Below the pieces are notes generated by a model. That model searched no databases. It was given only the letters and a program-made list of their open reading frames with translations, and was not told the DNA's origin. Below are positions 1 to 12,935 of a DNA stretch of 21,876 nucleotides, one piece after another. The translations under genes and the position numbers were made by a program. The stretch is from Ginkgo biloba (Eukaryota; Plantae; Ginkgophyta), in contig JANKJI020000002.1 in assembly GCA_024626585.2 (NCBI GenBank), forward strand, positions 67,864,120-67,885,995, given 5' to 3'. The stretch's first letter is position 1, and every line of letters starts with the position of its first letter.

Positions 1-299
1 GGGTTAAAGTGCTTATGTGGCACGATAACATAAGATGTGAGAAGGCCAATTAGTGTAATAACCATAGGAATATATATCGAATGGTTACAAATAACAATAT
101 GGTGAATCTTAAGGTGCCAAAAAGGGTGATAACAAGTGTATAACAATAAATGTATATGATAGCACCTACTATCGTAATCATCTTTAAATATTCACATAAT
201 TTTATTATATTCATGGAATAAGTCTTAATTCTACATTATAATTGGTGGCATCAATTATAATACTATATTTGATCATATTCTCCTTGTTAAAAAGTTTTT

Positions 300-338
300 T
301 TACACCCTTCCCCCATCCACCATGGGTAAGGGGTGTAA
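300..338. repeat. GC-rich imperfect inverted repeat (17-nt arms, 5-nt loop)
   Basis: TTACACCCTTCCCCCAT (300-316) pairs with ATGGGTAAGGGGTGTAA (322-338): 14/17 Watson-Crick pairs plus one G-U; loop CCACC. Confidence 0.6.
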
Positions 339-559
339 GGGTTAGTGAAACCTAAAAATCCCATCACCATTCACTCAATAATATTTCTTTGTATTAGTGG
401 ATGCATTTTATATTTGTTAAGACTTATTGCATTTTATCAAGTCATGGTTACTTGGTTAATTATTAACTTGGTGACCTCTTATGGATGTATAACTATAACT
501 CATAAAAAGTGACATTGTAGCATTTTTTAATATTATATTGTACTACCTTAAAAATCAAT

Positions 560-1660
560 GTTTATAGATTTTCCAACATTCATCTTCTACTTAACTACTA
601 TAATGACTTATCGGATATAATTTTTAAAGTAATACCTTTATCACTAGAAATGCACCCATCTATATGTGTATTCTAACCACTTCTCCATTAAATATTTCTA
701 GTTCATATGCACTCTAACCATAGATGTTGGAAAGTATCCTTTTGTTAGCAATATACTATGCATTGATGAAATCCTAAAGCCCCCATCAATTTAATATTTT
801 AATAATCATGCATGTATGATACATACATCTATAAAAGAAGACCTTGAATTTAGGTTTTATTATTCTCCAATAGACCCATTTTTACTTGACCTCCTACTAG
901 GGTAGTTGAACATTAAGATATTTATAAATCTCATTATAAAAATCATGGTTTAAAAATAAGGTGCCTCTTCTTTCAAATCTAACCCCTTCTTATTTCACTT
1001 TCACAATTCCAAGCCTAGGAAAGTTAAATAGTTGTTCGACTAGCCTTTGCTAAAAAGTTGATATAATAATGAATCTTGATCTTCTCTAATTGATATGAGA
1101 GATTAGATGTGTATACATAATTGTCTATTAGGGTCATAAAAATAACAAACTTGACTAAACTATCTTTCCCTATATAATATGATGCAACATTTTAATATTT
1201 ATCCATTTTTAATAATGGTCTACTAGAAGGGTTCATCTAATGGTCCCCCTAGAAATCCACATTATTCCTTATTCATCTAAGGGAGGAAAAATTTTGATTC
1301 ATGATTCTATTCCAACTTCTAGCCATAAGGTTCTAAGTAGGTGAACCTATGCTTATCATAATATAAATTTTATGTATTTTCCTTTATGATAATTCATAGC
1401 AATATTAGCTAAAAAGAATTATTTTCCATTGAATATATTTATATTGAACCAATTAATAAACATATTTATACCTTTAATTTTTTCCAACAATATTAGATCC
1501 TTGATTCCAAAAATTACTTGTTAATTTTGGTGCACATACTAATTCCTAGTTAATAACATTAAATAGTCATCCTTCATTTGTTTGGGGATCTTAAATGAAT
1601 TTATACCCATATTTTGAGGATGTTTAAGACTATTTTGGGTGTTAGAAATAGAGATATAAT
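560..1660 (-). pseudogene. Degenerate coding relic of unknown family, probably transposon-derived
   Basis: The minus strand gives long protein-like runs broken by stops, e.g. QNSLKHPQNMGINSFKIPKQMKDDYLMLLTRN*YVHQN*QVIFGIKDLILLEKIKGINMFINWF and FMTLIDNYVYTSNLSYQLEKIKIHYYINFLAKASRTTI. No domain recognised. Confidence 0.3.
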
Positions 1661-1802
1661 ATAGGTAGATAAATTAGAATATAATTATTTTGTTTGTTAA
1701 ATNNNNNNNNNNNNNNNNNNNNNNNNNNNNNNNNNNNNNNNNNNNNNNNNNNNNNNNNNNNNNNNNNNNNNNNNNNNNNNNNNNNNNNNNNNNNNNNNNN
1801 NN

Positions 1803-3370
1803 TAGCTAATTCTTCCTAAATGTTTGTCAAAAACTTGAAGGAAAACTATAAAAACTCTCAATACTAGTACAATGAATTAGTGGATCAATTGGAATAATAA
1901 CATATGGAATTTTCTAAAGATTTAGAAAATAAGCAATTATAAATTACTTAATTATAAATCAAAGATGTCCTTAGATATTATGGCTTGACATCACCTTATC
2001 ATGATCCAGTCAAAAGGCCACAACTAGTGGGAGAAGTTGGTGAGTCTTAATTCTTTTATTTTTTATTTTTTAGATCTAAATTTTATTATTTTCATTTAGA
2101 TGATAAAACACCTAAGATAGGATAAGTATTAGAATTCCCACCCCCAAAATATGATAGGACTCAGAAAATTAAAACCTTTGAGGAAAAATTGAAGCTAAAA
2201 GAATAATACATAACCTAGTTGGAGAAAGGAATATTAGATAGGGATACTAAATTATAATTATTATCTAACAAAATTATTATTTTGTAGGATAACCTAAATA
2301 TTGAGAAAGAGAGGAGTAGTGAATAGAAGTGCAAGCTCTAGATTTTAAATTAGATTGATTTTTAGGTATAATAAATTAAAGGCTACCTATAAGAGAAAGT
2401 AACTAAATTAGCTTAGTTAGAAAAGGAGTTTGAGCTTAAAATGGGTGACACCTTAGGTATAGTAGAGTATCTTAAAAATAAGTTGTAGGAATAACCTAAA
2501 AAAAGAAATGATGGAGACACAATATCACATGAGTCAGAAATATCATACTAGTAAACTAAAAGATAAATTAAAATATTATAAGGGAAGACTAGATTTTGTA
2601 GAAGAATCTATTAGTGATCTAGTGGAAAATAAAGAGATACTATAGATAGAGTCTAATGATACTACTATAATCTTCCAATCCAGAATAAGAGAATTAAAAG
2701 AAAATTTACCCATTGAGTCAAATCCAAAGAATAATATTCCCATCAATTTATTTGATCCTTGGAATTATATAAAGAAATTAAATATCATAATAAGTTAGCT
2801 AAAGGATAGGTTAAATAAGGTAGTAGAGTTTAGGTACCAACTAGATGATTATAGATCCCCAAGTATCATTTGTGCCATGATATTAAAAAAGAAGTGGCTC
2901 AAATATCATTTTATAACAATGTTATAGGAGAATGCATATTTTAGAAGTGATGATTAAGATATGATTAATTTGTATAATGCAATAAGTCCTTTAGATAATA
3001 ACTTGTTAGCTAAAGCCTTTTCGACAAGGTCCTTTGTCCTATATGATCTCACCTTTCCTATCAACATGATGATGGGAAGCATTTACTTACAAAAATTTAT
3101 TTTTATATTATAGAATAAACATTGGTGGGGTGAGAAAATGGAGGATTAAAAATCCTTATTGAATTAATCACCATAGAAGATTCATAGAAACACAAGGATG
3201 TGGAAAGAGGTAGAATATGAATTTCCCAAAGTTTTAATATAAATATATGAGTACTAGTTGAAGGAATTCAGAGGGGCCTAGGTATACTTAAAGATAAATT
3301 AAAATATTTTGTGATGGAATGGAACTATTGGATGAGGAATCTGATGCATGTCGTAGATGTATTGGACTAA
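1803..3370 (+). pseudogene. Intron-containing, heavily deaminated pseudogene encoding a coiled-coil/helical protein of unknown family
   Basis: DVLRYYGLTSPYHDPVKRPQLVGEV is followed by a GTGAGT...TTTAG intron (2040-2099), then DKTPKIG*VLEFPPPKYDRTQKIKTFEEKLKLKE. A second acceptor TTTGTAG (2287) has an upstream CTAAC. One frame runs ~2650-3300 (IICAMILKKKWLKYHFITML*ENAYF...LDNNLLAKAFSTRSFVLYDLTFPINMMMGSIYLQKF...KHWWG) with TAG/TAA stops explainable by C>T or G>A. Confidence 0.6.
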
Positions 3371-4024
3371 TGTTAACATGAGTTAGATCACTAATGAGTG
3401 TTAGAGAGAGATGGATCGACGCTGATAGGAGTTGGCTCATTGAAAAGCGACATAGATAATTTGGCCAACAAAAATATAAACATTAAGCAACATAATATTG
3501 AGAGAGGTTAGTGCTATACTGACATGAGTCATATTAATGACAAAGGTCTACACTGACATAAGTTGACTCATCAATGAATGTCAGGGTAGACATCATTAGT
3601 AGTTCAATGATATCATCTCACTAACATCGATCAAAGTAGCTCACCAACACTAGCATAGGAATCTGATGAAAGTATCTCACCTGATCTAGACATTATAATT
3701 GTCACGATGGTTACTTAACCATCTACACTTTGTATTTATAACCAACATAGGGTAGGATGAAGTAGTGGATTCTTATGAGGTGATATGATGTGATGGTTAT
3801 ATGTACTCATGCTTGTAATCTCTAAATCATTAATGTAAGGACTTCGNNNNNNNNNNNNNNNNNNNNNNNNNNNNNNNNNNNNNNNNNNNNNNNNNNNNNN
3901 NNNNNNNNNNNNNNNNNNNNNNNNNNNNNNNNNNNNNNNNNNNNNNAAATATCTATTTAAAATATTCACCTTTTGGACTCAAACCTAAGGATTTTTTTTC
4001 CAAGAAAATAATCTAGTGAAAAAA

Positions 4025-7000
4025 ATGGTTAAGACAAGAAGCCAAAGACACAAAATGGACAAAAATAATAAAATCTTATACTTATAAATAATTACATCAC
4101 TAAAAAATTATATCTTAATATTTAAAATGGATATTAAAGAGATAAATGGTCAAATTACTATATTGGACAATGAATCCATGATAATATCCAAAACATTGAC
4201 TTAGTTGTTAAGACAAAACCAACTCCCATATTAGCAATAGTTGCTTATTTAACAACCCTAGTAAAAATGAGAATAGTAAGAAACCAAAGGGATTACTTAT
4301 TGACTACAACATAAAATTTCTCAATACTAATTTAACATACTAGTTGAATCAAAGCGTTCACAAACAAGCTTAAAATTACCTTCCTAAACATCAATAAAAC
4401 AACTCATCTCAAGAAAGTATTCTTTATAATTGAAAGCATAGAAGGTCTTTCACATAGATAGGGTACCAAATGGTATAAATAATATGTCCTAAATATAGTA
4501 AATACCAACTTTTGAAATTATTTTTCTAAAATAATAGAATGAAATTTAGATGACCCATACTTGATTTAGCTAGCCAATTTCCTTCAAAGGAATATATCTA
4601 TAGAATAATATACAAAAATAATTGAAGTCCTTTAAGACAAATAAGACCTATTAAAGAAAAATATCCTTTATTTATTCATCTATAATTTATGCCTAGAAAT
4701 AAAAATTAAACTACACAAGAACTTACATCAATGAAAGAAGCCATTTTTCTTGTTAGAAAAAATGAATGGTATAATAAGGAATACCCAAAGATAATTAACA
4801 ATATAATAGAACTTAGTATTATACTAATGCAAGAAACCCTAATATAACAAAAAAATTATATAATAAAATAAGTAATAAAAAAGGAACTACCCAAAATAAC
4901 TAAATCAAATTCTTGTAGAATATGTAATGAACCTTGGGATAAAGTACATGCAACAAAGATAACAAAAAATAAATTCAATGTAGAATCTAATAAGGAAGAA
5001 ATACTATAAGATGAAGAAATGAAATATATTAATTATGACCCAAATTAAGAGATCCTCCAATATTATCTTATACAAGGTGATAAATTTGACATATCCTTAT
5101 CTATAATGAAAAGAATGATAAGATTATACATATGTAAAGTTTATGAGTTCATCCAAAAAGGAAAACTATTAATATTATTATACTCAAGAAGTACCCACAA
5201 CTTTATTAACACATGGAAAATTAGAACACTTAGATTACACCTTGACAAAATAAAAACTTTTCTTATTTCCATCTTGATACATCATTCAATAATGTATAAT
5301 GAACAATATAAAATTATAGTTCATAGATTATATACTTAAATATACATTTTATTCCCTATCCATCAAAGGAGTAGATGTAGTCCTAAGTATTCAATGGATT
5401 TATAATTTAGGACCATATGTCACAAAGCATGATAAAATATTTATGAAATTTAAATTAGATGGAGTGCTTATGAAATAATTGATACATAATTAGGAAATAA
5501 TAAATTTATCAATCTAAAATAAATGAATAATATTTTACAAAAAATAAACATTGGGTTTATGGAAAGATTATATATAACTAAAGATAAACCTTCCCAAGCT
5601 ATAAATCTAGATGAAGAACTCATTGATTATTAAAAACACAACAACAAAAACCCAATAATATAAGATAAATAAAAAAATATTTTTAATTAGATACCTAAAG
5701 TCATTCCTTCCAATAGAGGATTGGAAATGCAATTTAAATTGAATTAAATCAAATACCATCCATCAATAAACCTCATTGATATAGAGACATAATCCAAAAA
5801 TATATATATAGAGATTGAACTTAAATCTATTTGAATCTAGCACAATAATATATGGTAAAATCCCATACACCATGCCAATTATGCTTGCTCATAGAAGGAT
5901 GGATGATTTTTCATACATATTGATTATTGNNNNNNNNNNNNNNNNNNNNNNNNNNNNNNNNNNNNNNNNNNNNNNNNNNNNNNNNNNNNNNNNNNNNNNN
6001 NNNNNNNNNNNNNNNNNNNNNNNNNNNNNNNNNNNNNNNNNNNNNNNNNNNNNNNNNNNNNNNNNNNNNNNNNNNNNNNNNNNNNNNNNNNNNNNNNNNN
6101 NNNNNNNNNNNNNNNNNNNNNNNNNNNNNNNNNNNNNNNNNNNNNNNNNNNNNNNNNNNNNNNNNNNNNNNNNNNNNNNNNNNNNNNNNNNNNNNNNNNN
6201 NNNNNNNNNNNNNNNNNNNNNNNNNNNNNNNNNNNNNNNNNNNNNNNNNNNNNNNNNNNNNNNNNNNNNNNNNNNNNNNNNNNNNNNNNNNNNNNNNNNN
6301 NNNNNNNNNNNNNNNNNNNNNNNNNNNNNNNNNNNNNNNNNNNNNNNNNNNNNNNNNNNNNNNNNNNNNNNNNNNNNNNNNNNNNNNNNNNNNNNNNNNN
6401 NNNNNNNNNNNNNNNNNNNNNNNNNNNNNNNNNNNNNNNNNNNNNNNNNNNNNNNNNNNNNNNNNNNNNNNNNNNNNNNNNNNNNNNNNNNNNNNNNNNN
6501 NNNNNNNNNNNNNNNNNNNNNNNNNNNNNNNNNNNNNNNNNNNNNNNNNNNNNNNNNNNNNNNNNNNNNNNNNNNNNNNNNNNNNNNNNNNNNNNNNNNN
6601 NNNNNNNNNNNNNNNNNNNNNNNNNNNNNNNNNNNNNNNNNNNNNNNNNNNNNNNNNNNTTAAAAGTCTTAAATACCTCCTTAAATAATAAAACCTTAAA
6701 GAAGAACCATATAAAATGGATTGATAAAATCCAAGTATTTGACTTAAGACAAAATATATAAAAGAGTAAAGAAAATATTATTGTAGACAATCTTTGAAGA
6801 AAATATTGAGACGCTTCTCCAATAGTGTTTCAATTGTAAATATATCATAACTAATATGAATAATGAAGAATATGATATAAATAATCAAATATAAATAATT
6901 CTAGAGGTTATCTGGAATAATAAAAAGAATGATAACTAGATGCTAAAGGTGATACAATCATATTTAATTGAAGAATATACTTTAATAAAAACTCTAGATT

Positions 7001-7176
7001 CATCAATGACACCATCTAAGAATGCCCCTACTATCAACCATATTAAATTTAAGAAAGCATAACATAATATCAAAAAAATAATTTATTGGCCCAAAATGAA
7101 ATAGGATATCACCAATTTTGGTGCATAATGCAACACTTGTTAATGGAAAAAAATTGAAAATATAGCCACTCTAGAA
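4025..7176 (+). mobile_element. Ty3/gypsy (chromovirus-like) LTR retrotransposon relic, 5' part: gag, protease, RT, RNase H, integrase Zn finger
   Basis: Gag-like start MVKTRSQ (4025). Protease LLYSRSTHNFIN (degenerate LIDSGSTHNFI, ~5175) and GVDVVLSIQWI (~5370). IPKVIPSNRG (~5692) and RT start IPYTMPIML...IDY (5860-5929); the RT core lies in the N gap. RNase H end KSLKYLL...KWIDKIQVFD...KENIIVDNL*R (6662-6800). Integrase HHCC region YWPKMK*DITNFGA*CNTC (7084-7140). Confidence 0.92.
5106..5420 (+). pseudogene. Retroviral-type aspartic protease domain (degenerate) of the gypsy element
   Basis: ORF 5106-5339 contains LLYSRSTHNFIN (catalytic DSG mutated to YSR). Downstream YTFYSLSIKGVDVVLSIQWIYNLG matches the gypsy protease C-terminal motif D(V/I)VLG(I/M)xWL. 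Confidence 0.85.
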
Positions 7177-7891
7177 AATATTTGATCCAGGTTAAATCTA
7201 ACAAAGAAGAATCATTATCGGATTTAATCTTCATGGTGGAAATAATATTATAATTTCACAAAAAAGCCACCTAATAAGGTGTCTAGAAAAAGTATATGAT
7301 CTATTTGCAAATCCACACTTACTTTTGTTGTAAGGGCATCGTAGATAAAATTTCCCTATTTTCTTGTTAAGGATGAAATGTTGTAATTATGGCATGGATC
7401 CAACTTCTTTATTAGTAGTTACAAGCTTCTAGTTTTATCACAAAACATCCTAAAATGGGTTTTTTCCTTTAACGATTAATTTTTTATTTTTAAGTTATCA
7501 TAGTTAAAGATTTATAATTGATGACTTTAACAATTTGAACTTTAAATTTACTACGTCAATTTTAGTCCAACACTTACAAAATTTTTGGAAATCGAAAATT
7601 CAGAGTTTGGAGGAAGTCGAGGGATGATGGTTGATGACCATCGATGAGGTTTCTTAAAAAGTTCCAAAACACTATAATTTAGAGTTTGGTGTTTGAAAGA
7701 AAAATGTGGAAGTAAACATTGATGTCGATGTCTTTATCTTGGAAAAGTTTCAAACTCCCAAATCTCTGAATAAAACTATTTTTAGAGTTTTTAAGTCTAA
7801 TAGACTCCCACCTTAAGGGACTGCCAAAGAGGACAAAAAGGTGGCTAAAACTCTTAACACAATATCTAACAAGCACATAATCATGATGGCA

Positions 7892-8406
7892 TGTCACATC
7901 CCTAAATTTAATCTCCCTTCAAGTGATCAATAGTAGACATTAAAAGAAATTCAATTATAAGAAGGTTTAACTTCTTTGAGAAGTTAGGGTAACCAAATGA
8001 ACTACATGAGAAGAAAAAGAAGGGGTGTAGAAGGAGAAAAGGAAATATATAGAGAGATAAGGAATAGTAAATCAGAGAAGAAAGTTGAAATAGTTCTACA
8101 ATTTAGCAAGGGAGTTAGATTTCATCCATAGGATAGAGAGTGTGAGAGTCTTTTGGAAGATATGAAATCTCCACACCACCATGGAAATATTGTTTTACTA
8201 TGAAAATCACTATGGGATTTGATCTGAAGAACATAAGCATAGGCATAGTGACTATAATCCTTATTTGTAAAGGAACTTAATGAATTCTAGAGTTTTATTC
8301 CCCAAGAGGGTTCTCTAGTTAAAAATAATATTTTTTTCTTTGTATAAGAATTTGTGTGTGTCTCATTTCTATTAAATTGAATTTTCATATTCAAGTTAGT
8401 AGGATT
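7892..8406 (+). repeat. Possible LTR fragment inside the nested insertion
   Basis: Begins TGTCACATCCC, resembling plant gypsy LTR starts. Non-coding, with purine-rich and TATA-like tracts. No partner LTR, PBS or TSD seen. Confidence 0.25.
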
Positions 8407-9945
8407 NNNNNNNNNNNNNNNNNNNNNNNNNNNNNNNNNNNNNNNNNNNNNNNNNNNNNNNNNNNNNNNNNNNNNNNNNNNNNNNNNNNNNNNNNNNNNN
8501 NNNNNNGTAGCTAATAATCTTGTTACCAAATCCATAAAGTTGTGTTGAAGAGAATATTAAAACTATGAAGCAAGAAGAGTTGCTAAGATAAGAGAAAATG
8601 CAAATCCAAAGGTCCATAGAAAAATTTGATTAGAGCATACCTACAATACAAGAAAAATATTAGTGGAGTTTGGAAGTTATTGTTTCAATAAATAATATAG
8701 AAGAGATCAACAATAGAGGAGAATGAAGAAATGGTAAAGGAGATTGAGTCACTACANNNNNNNNNNNNNNNNNNNNNNNNNNNNNNNNNNNNNNNNNNNN
8801 NNNNNNNNNNNNNNNNNNNNNCTTGTAGTAAGGTATGAAGGTGAAAGGAGGAATTAAAAATTCTCCAGAGTTGTTTGAATACCATAAACATATGTTGCAC
8901 ACTATTTGAAGATCAAAGAAACTGTTTGGAGACTGTGAGGTATTGAAGTCCAAGAGGAAGACTAGATGAACTCATTCATTGGTGTTGTAGAGGGTTGTAA
9001 GGTGAATTCATATGAAAGAAAGGATTTTGTAAGGACATTTTTTCTAGGAAATAATTGAAGGTCATGGAAGGCTCATTGGTAGTGGTGTCCAAACATTATT
9101 GAAGGCTGTTAGCAAGGGCATCTAGGGATCTCACTAAATGGTTTGAGAGCTCAGTCAAGAAGCTATGGCATTTGATGTAATAGAACACATAGGGGAGGTC
9201 ATCATGGTCATTATACAATGGTGAATAGTGGGTTGAAGATGATAGAGGAGGTGCACAGGAGAAAAGAACGCTAAACCCCAATGTTTACAAACAAATAAAT
9301 TAAAAATTTAATTTTTTTGAAGTCCAATTTTTGTCCACAATCATCTAAAAAAATTGAAAATTAGTGATTAAAGAAACAAATACCATTTTACCTACAATCA
9401 ATTTTGAAGAAAAAATCATGGTGCAGTGATAAATATTTTGGTTCAAAGTTAGGAGGTTAAAATATCAAATCACTTTTTGAATTAATTTTATTTTGGGAGA
9501 GAAGTGAACGGTTAAATGGATGATCAAGGTTAAGTGTCAAAAGGAATTTTTTTTTATGGTAATCGAGAGCTAAGATGTCTAAAAATGACTTATCTTTTTC
9601 TGTTAATATCTGACAAACTATTTGGAATGAAGATTTAAAACTTTGTAGGCAAGTAAACTATTATAAATACAATTGAATGGCATAGACAAAACAAAAAATA
9701 GATAAAAATATTGAGATATATTAATCTATATACAATGGCCTCATGTTAAGATTTAATAGTAAAAGTTGATAATTTATCTCTAGAATTGATTAAAATTAAG
9801 CCTCGAAAGAATTTTATTTCAATTGAAATTTGATAGGTGGTGAGAATGAATCAAGAAAAATTGAATATAGCTAATAATGTTTGAAAAGGATACTTGATGT
9901 GACAAATGTTATAACTTATTGATGGTTCATTTACATGATTTTATA

Positions 9946-10075
9946 ATGAGATGTGCATGCACATGATGTTGAATTGAAGTTGATTTAAACAACTAGCATT
10001 GAGATATTATTGAAGAAGATTTGTTGCAGGTTTATAAAGTGGTTTGAACCAATTGGCAAGATCAAGGTTTGGATG
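9946..10075 (+). pseudogene. Possible CACTA (En/Spm) transposase-associated domain remnant
   Basis: MRCACT*C*...DIIEEDLLQVYKVV*TNWQDQG resembles the CPCxxC...HL...YTxWxxHG pattern of CACTA transposase-associated domains. The TGA stops fit CGA>TGA. Confidence 0.3.
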
Positions 10076-10290
10076 ATTGAAGTGTCCAAGGTTGAAGGGA
10101 TGTGAGATGACATTGTAAAATAAGAACTTTTTTTCATTTGTAATTGTATATTTGCAAGTTTGTAAGAAGTTTAGTCTTATTTGTTGAAAGAAAATAAAAA
10201 ATATGGACATATATGCACAGTTAAATCATTTTAAAAATGGACNNNNNNNNNNNNNNNNNNNNNNNNNNNNNNNNNNNNNNNNNNNNNNNN

Positions 10291-10916
10291 NGTTCAATCA
10301 AGAAGATGTAATGCAATCCATTGTATAATACATAGAAATGAATATTAAAAGAAATAGGAGATCCAAATTGATCATTAGAAGAAATCTAAAAGACGAAAAC
10401 CTCATATATATCAATAAAATAATTTTTGCAAAGGATATGTGGATAACCCTCCATAGATTTTTTGGTAGGGGTTATGATTTGTATGATGCAAAAATGCTTG
10501 CTTAGGTTGAAGAGGAACAAGAGTTTCCTATAGAGAAGTCTATTGAGAGACTCCATAATATGCCCATGCAAGGGAAAACTAATATGGAACAAGATAAGGT
10601 TCTATATGAAGGACAAGTTGAGTCCTTCAAGTACAAATTGACCTCATAGGTGAACATGATAAGTATGTTGAGAAAATTGAGTCCTCTAAAGATATTTTTA
10701 ATGTTGAATGTAATCCACATGATACAAAATGCATGTATGAAAATTTTATTGATGAGTCCATTGAGGGACTTGATGTGTCTATAATAGAATAAAATGCATA
10801 TTTTCGCATTGTTAGGTTTGGATCCTTAAAGAAGAGTAATAATAGTGAAAATGGAGAACTAGTAGAGGTTCCCAAGATTGATAATGATGGTGAATCAAGA
10901 TAATATTCACAAGATA
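10291..10916 (+). mobile_element. Ty1/copia gag-like remnant followed by acidic low-similarity coding sequence
   Basis: KRNRRSKLIIRRNLKDENLIYINKIIFAKDMWITLHRFFG (10347-10466) matches the copia gag helix motif K..A..I...L.D..L..I....AK.MW..L...F. Confidence 0.55.
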
Positions 10917-11321
10917 NNNNNNNNNNNNNNNNNNNNNNNNNNNNNNNNNNNNNNNNNNNNNNNNNNNNNNNNNNNNNNNNNNNNNNNNNNNNNNNNNNNN
11001 NNNNNNNNNNNNNNNNCTATGATTATTCTAGGTATTAACCTATGATTTTTTCAAGCCTTAGCTTATGACTCCGTATACAAATGTAAGTTGATCCTCATAG
11101 AGGCAACAATTTTATGCACTCTAATTTTCAGTCTTATTTTAAAGACATAGTTTTGTAATTTGTGGACTTCGAGTCTACATTTTTATTTTTATTAGAGAGA
11201 GTGTTTTATTTGTGAATATAACTACCACCCATGAATGTGATATTTTTATTTGTTTCCAATTCTTTTAAAATTTAAGATTTTTAAATCTTTCTTCTATTAT
11301 ACATATTTTAGGTTCTAAATC

Positions 11322-12185
11322 AAGCTCTAACCATTAAATATATTGAATTAAAAGTGGGAAGAAATTCCCATGGACTTTATAACTAAATTGGCTAAATTTA
11401 ATGATAAAGATCTTATATTATGGTGGTCGATCTCTTGACTAAATGTGCTCATTTTATACTACTAATAATAATAGCATACAAAAGCTTGCAACTTGTAGAA
11501 CTATTTATGAAAGAAACACTTCAATTATATGGATCCCCTAAACGAATAACATGTGACCATGAGCCAAGATTTATAAGTCATTTCTTGTAAAAAAATATTT
11601 GCTTACCCAGAACAAAGTTTAATATATGAGTATAAGTTGCCACCCACAAATTGATGGTCAAATATGGATTATTTACAAATTCTTGGAAGGATATTTGTAT
11701 TCTTATATTAGCGATAAATAAAACTACTAGATAAAATGGTTTCATTTAGTAGAATATTAGTACAACACAACATATCACACTTCAATAATAATGACACCAT
11801 TTCTTGCATTGTATGAATATCCACCTCTAACAATTAATATTTTATCATTCAAGTATCTAAAGTAAAAATTGCACATAACATATTAGAAGTAGCACAAGAA
11901 ATACTAGTACTTCTAAAAGATAACTTAAATATAGTGTTTGTATGCTTACATCCATTCAAGTAGTTGTCCCTTAAAGAAAAAGGAATAAATATGTTGGTTG
12001 TAAGATTGTATGTGCCCTACAAAATCCAAGCAAAAGTAGGCAAGGATGTGCATATGCCATTGAGCTTCTAGACAAATAAAAAATCCATAATGTCTTTGAG
12101 ATATCATGCCTCAATAAGAAAATTAGTAAAAGATAATTTCACAAATAGAACTCCCAACATTGATGAAAAAGGAATTTCAATAGTT
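11322..12185 (+). mobile_element. Ty3/gypsy retrotransposon relic, 3' part: integrase core and GPY/F region, truncated
   Basis: KL*PLNILN*KWEEIPMDFITKL...VVDLLTKCAHFI; YGSPKRITCDHEPRFISHF; CHPQIDGQI; YNTTYHTSIIMTPFLALYEYPP; then YVPYKIQAKVG...KIHNVFEISCL. No chromodomain, PPT or 3' LTR seen. Confidence 0.93.
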
Positions 12186-12727
12186 ACATGTTTTTTAATG
12201 TGCCTTTTCAATCGCCAAAATTTAGGGCTAGATTTTGCAATCACGGCCATTTATCCTTGAGATAGCTTGCTCAATAATTTTAAATCTTATAAAGGGTCAA
12301 TTCTATTTTTTGAAGACCCTCCTTAATGCTTATTGTATTTTTCTATACTATAATACCATAATTTTGATAAGAAAAAATAATTCCCTGCAATAAATACTAA
12401 TAAGTTATTAAAAATCGACATGTTTAAAAACGTTTTATAATGTCTCTAAAGAAATCATTAAAGATGATCTCATCATCTATATTTTACCAACACAAATTAA
12501 AATACAACATAGTTTGAGAAGACTTAACTTGCCATCTCTAAATTTCCAAACCATAAAAAACAACAATTAGAATTAACTTATTAGTCACGATTTTAGCCTT
12601 CCCCAAATTACTAAATTCTTGTAGTGCTCGTAAAAATCAATAGATATGTTTTTAAATATTTATTGATTTTTTAAAATTTGTTTAATCAGTGGTCTCAAAG
12701 AGAAAATTCGTGCTGAGNNNNNNNNNN

Positions 12728-12935
12728 AATTGCCGCGTGGTCCGCTGTTCCGTACACATATTTCTGGATTCGTAAAATGTCTGATAAAAATAAAGAGTTA
12801 CGAACATAGTGTTTTCCACGTGGGCCGTAATGTATGTCAGATGACGTGGATGAATTGGGTCCTGTACCTCTTCGTCGGTGGCGCGGCACCATGGCGTGTA
12901 TGAGCAATACTCTTCATATATTCCATGCCACTTTC
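12728..12935. promoter_or_regulatory. CpG-retaining cluster of ABRE/G-box/DRE-type cis-elements
   Basis: GCCGCGTGG (12732-12740, CE3-like), CCACGTGG (12816-12823, G-box), TGGGCC (12821-12826, site II/TCP), GATGACGTGG (12840-12849, ABRE/bZIP) and GTCGGT = ACCGAC on the minus strand (12874-12879, DRE/CRT core). CpGs are abundant here, unlike the flanking TE relics. Confidence 0.6.

Noticed and set aside
640-800. Integrase C-terminus on the minus strand (SAYELEIFNGE)
   Set aside because: No upstream integrase core motifs were found in 800-1700 to support it.
3370-3846. 5' LTR of the gypsy element, including palindrome GATGGTTACTTAACCATC near 3706
   Set aside because: No matching second LTR, PBS or TSD in the window, and a gap separates it from gag.
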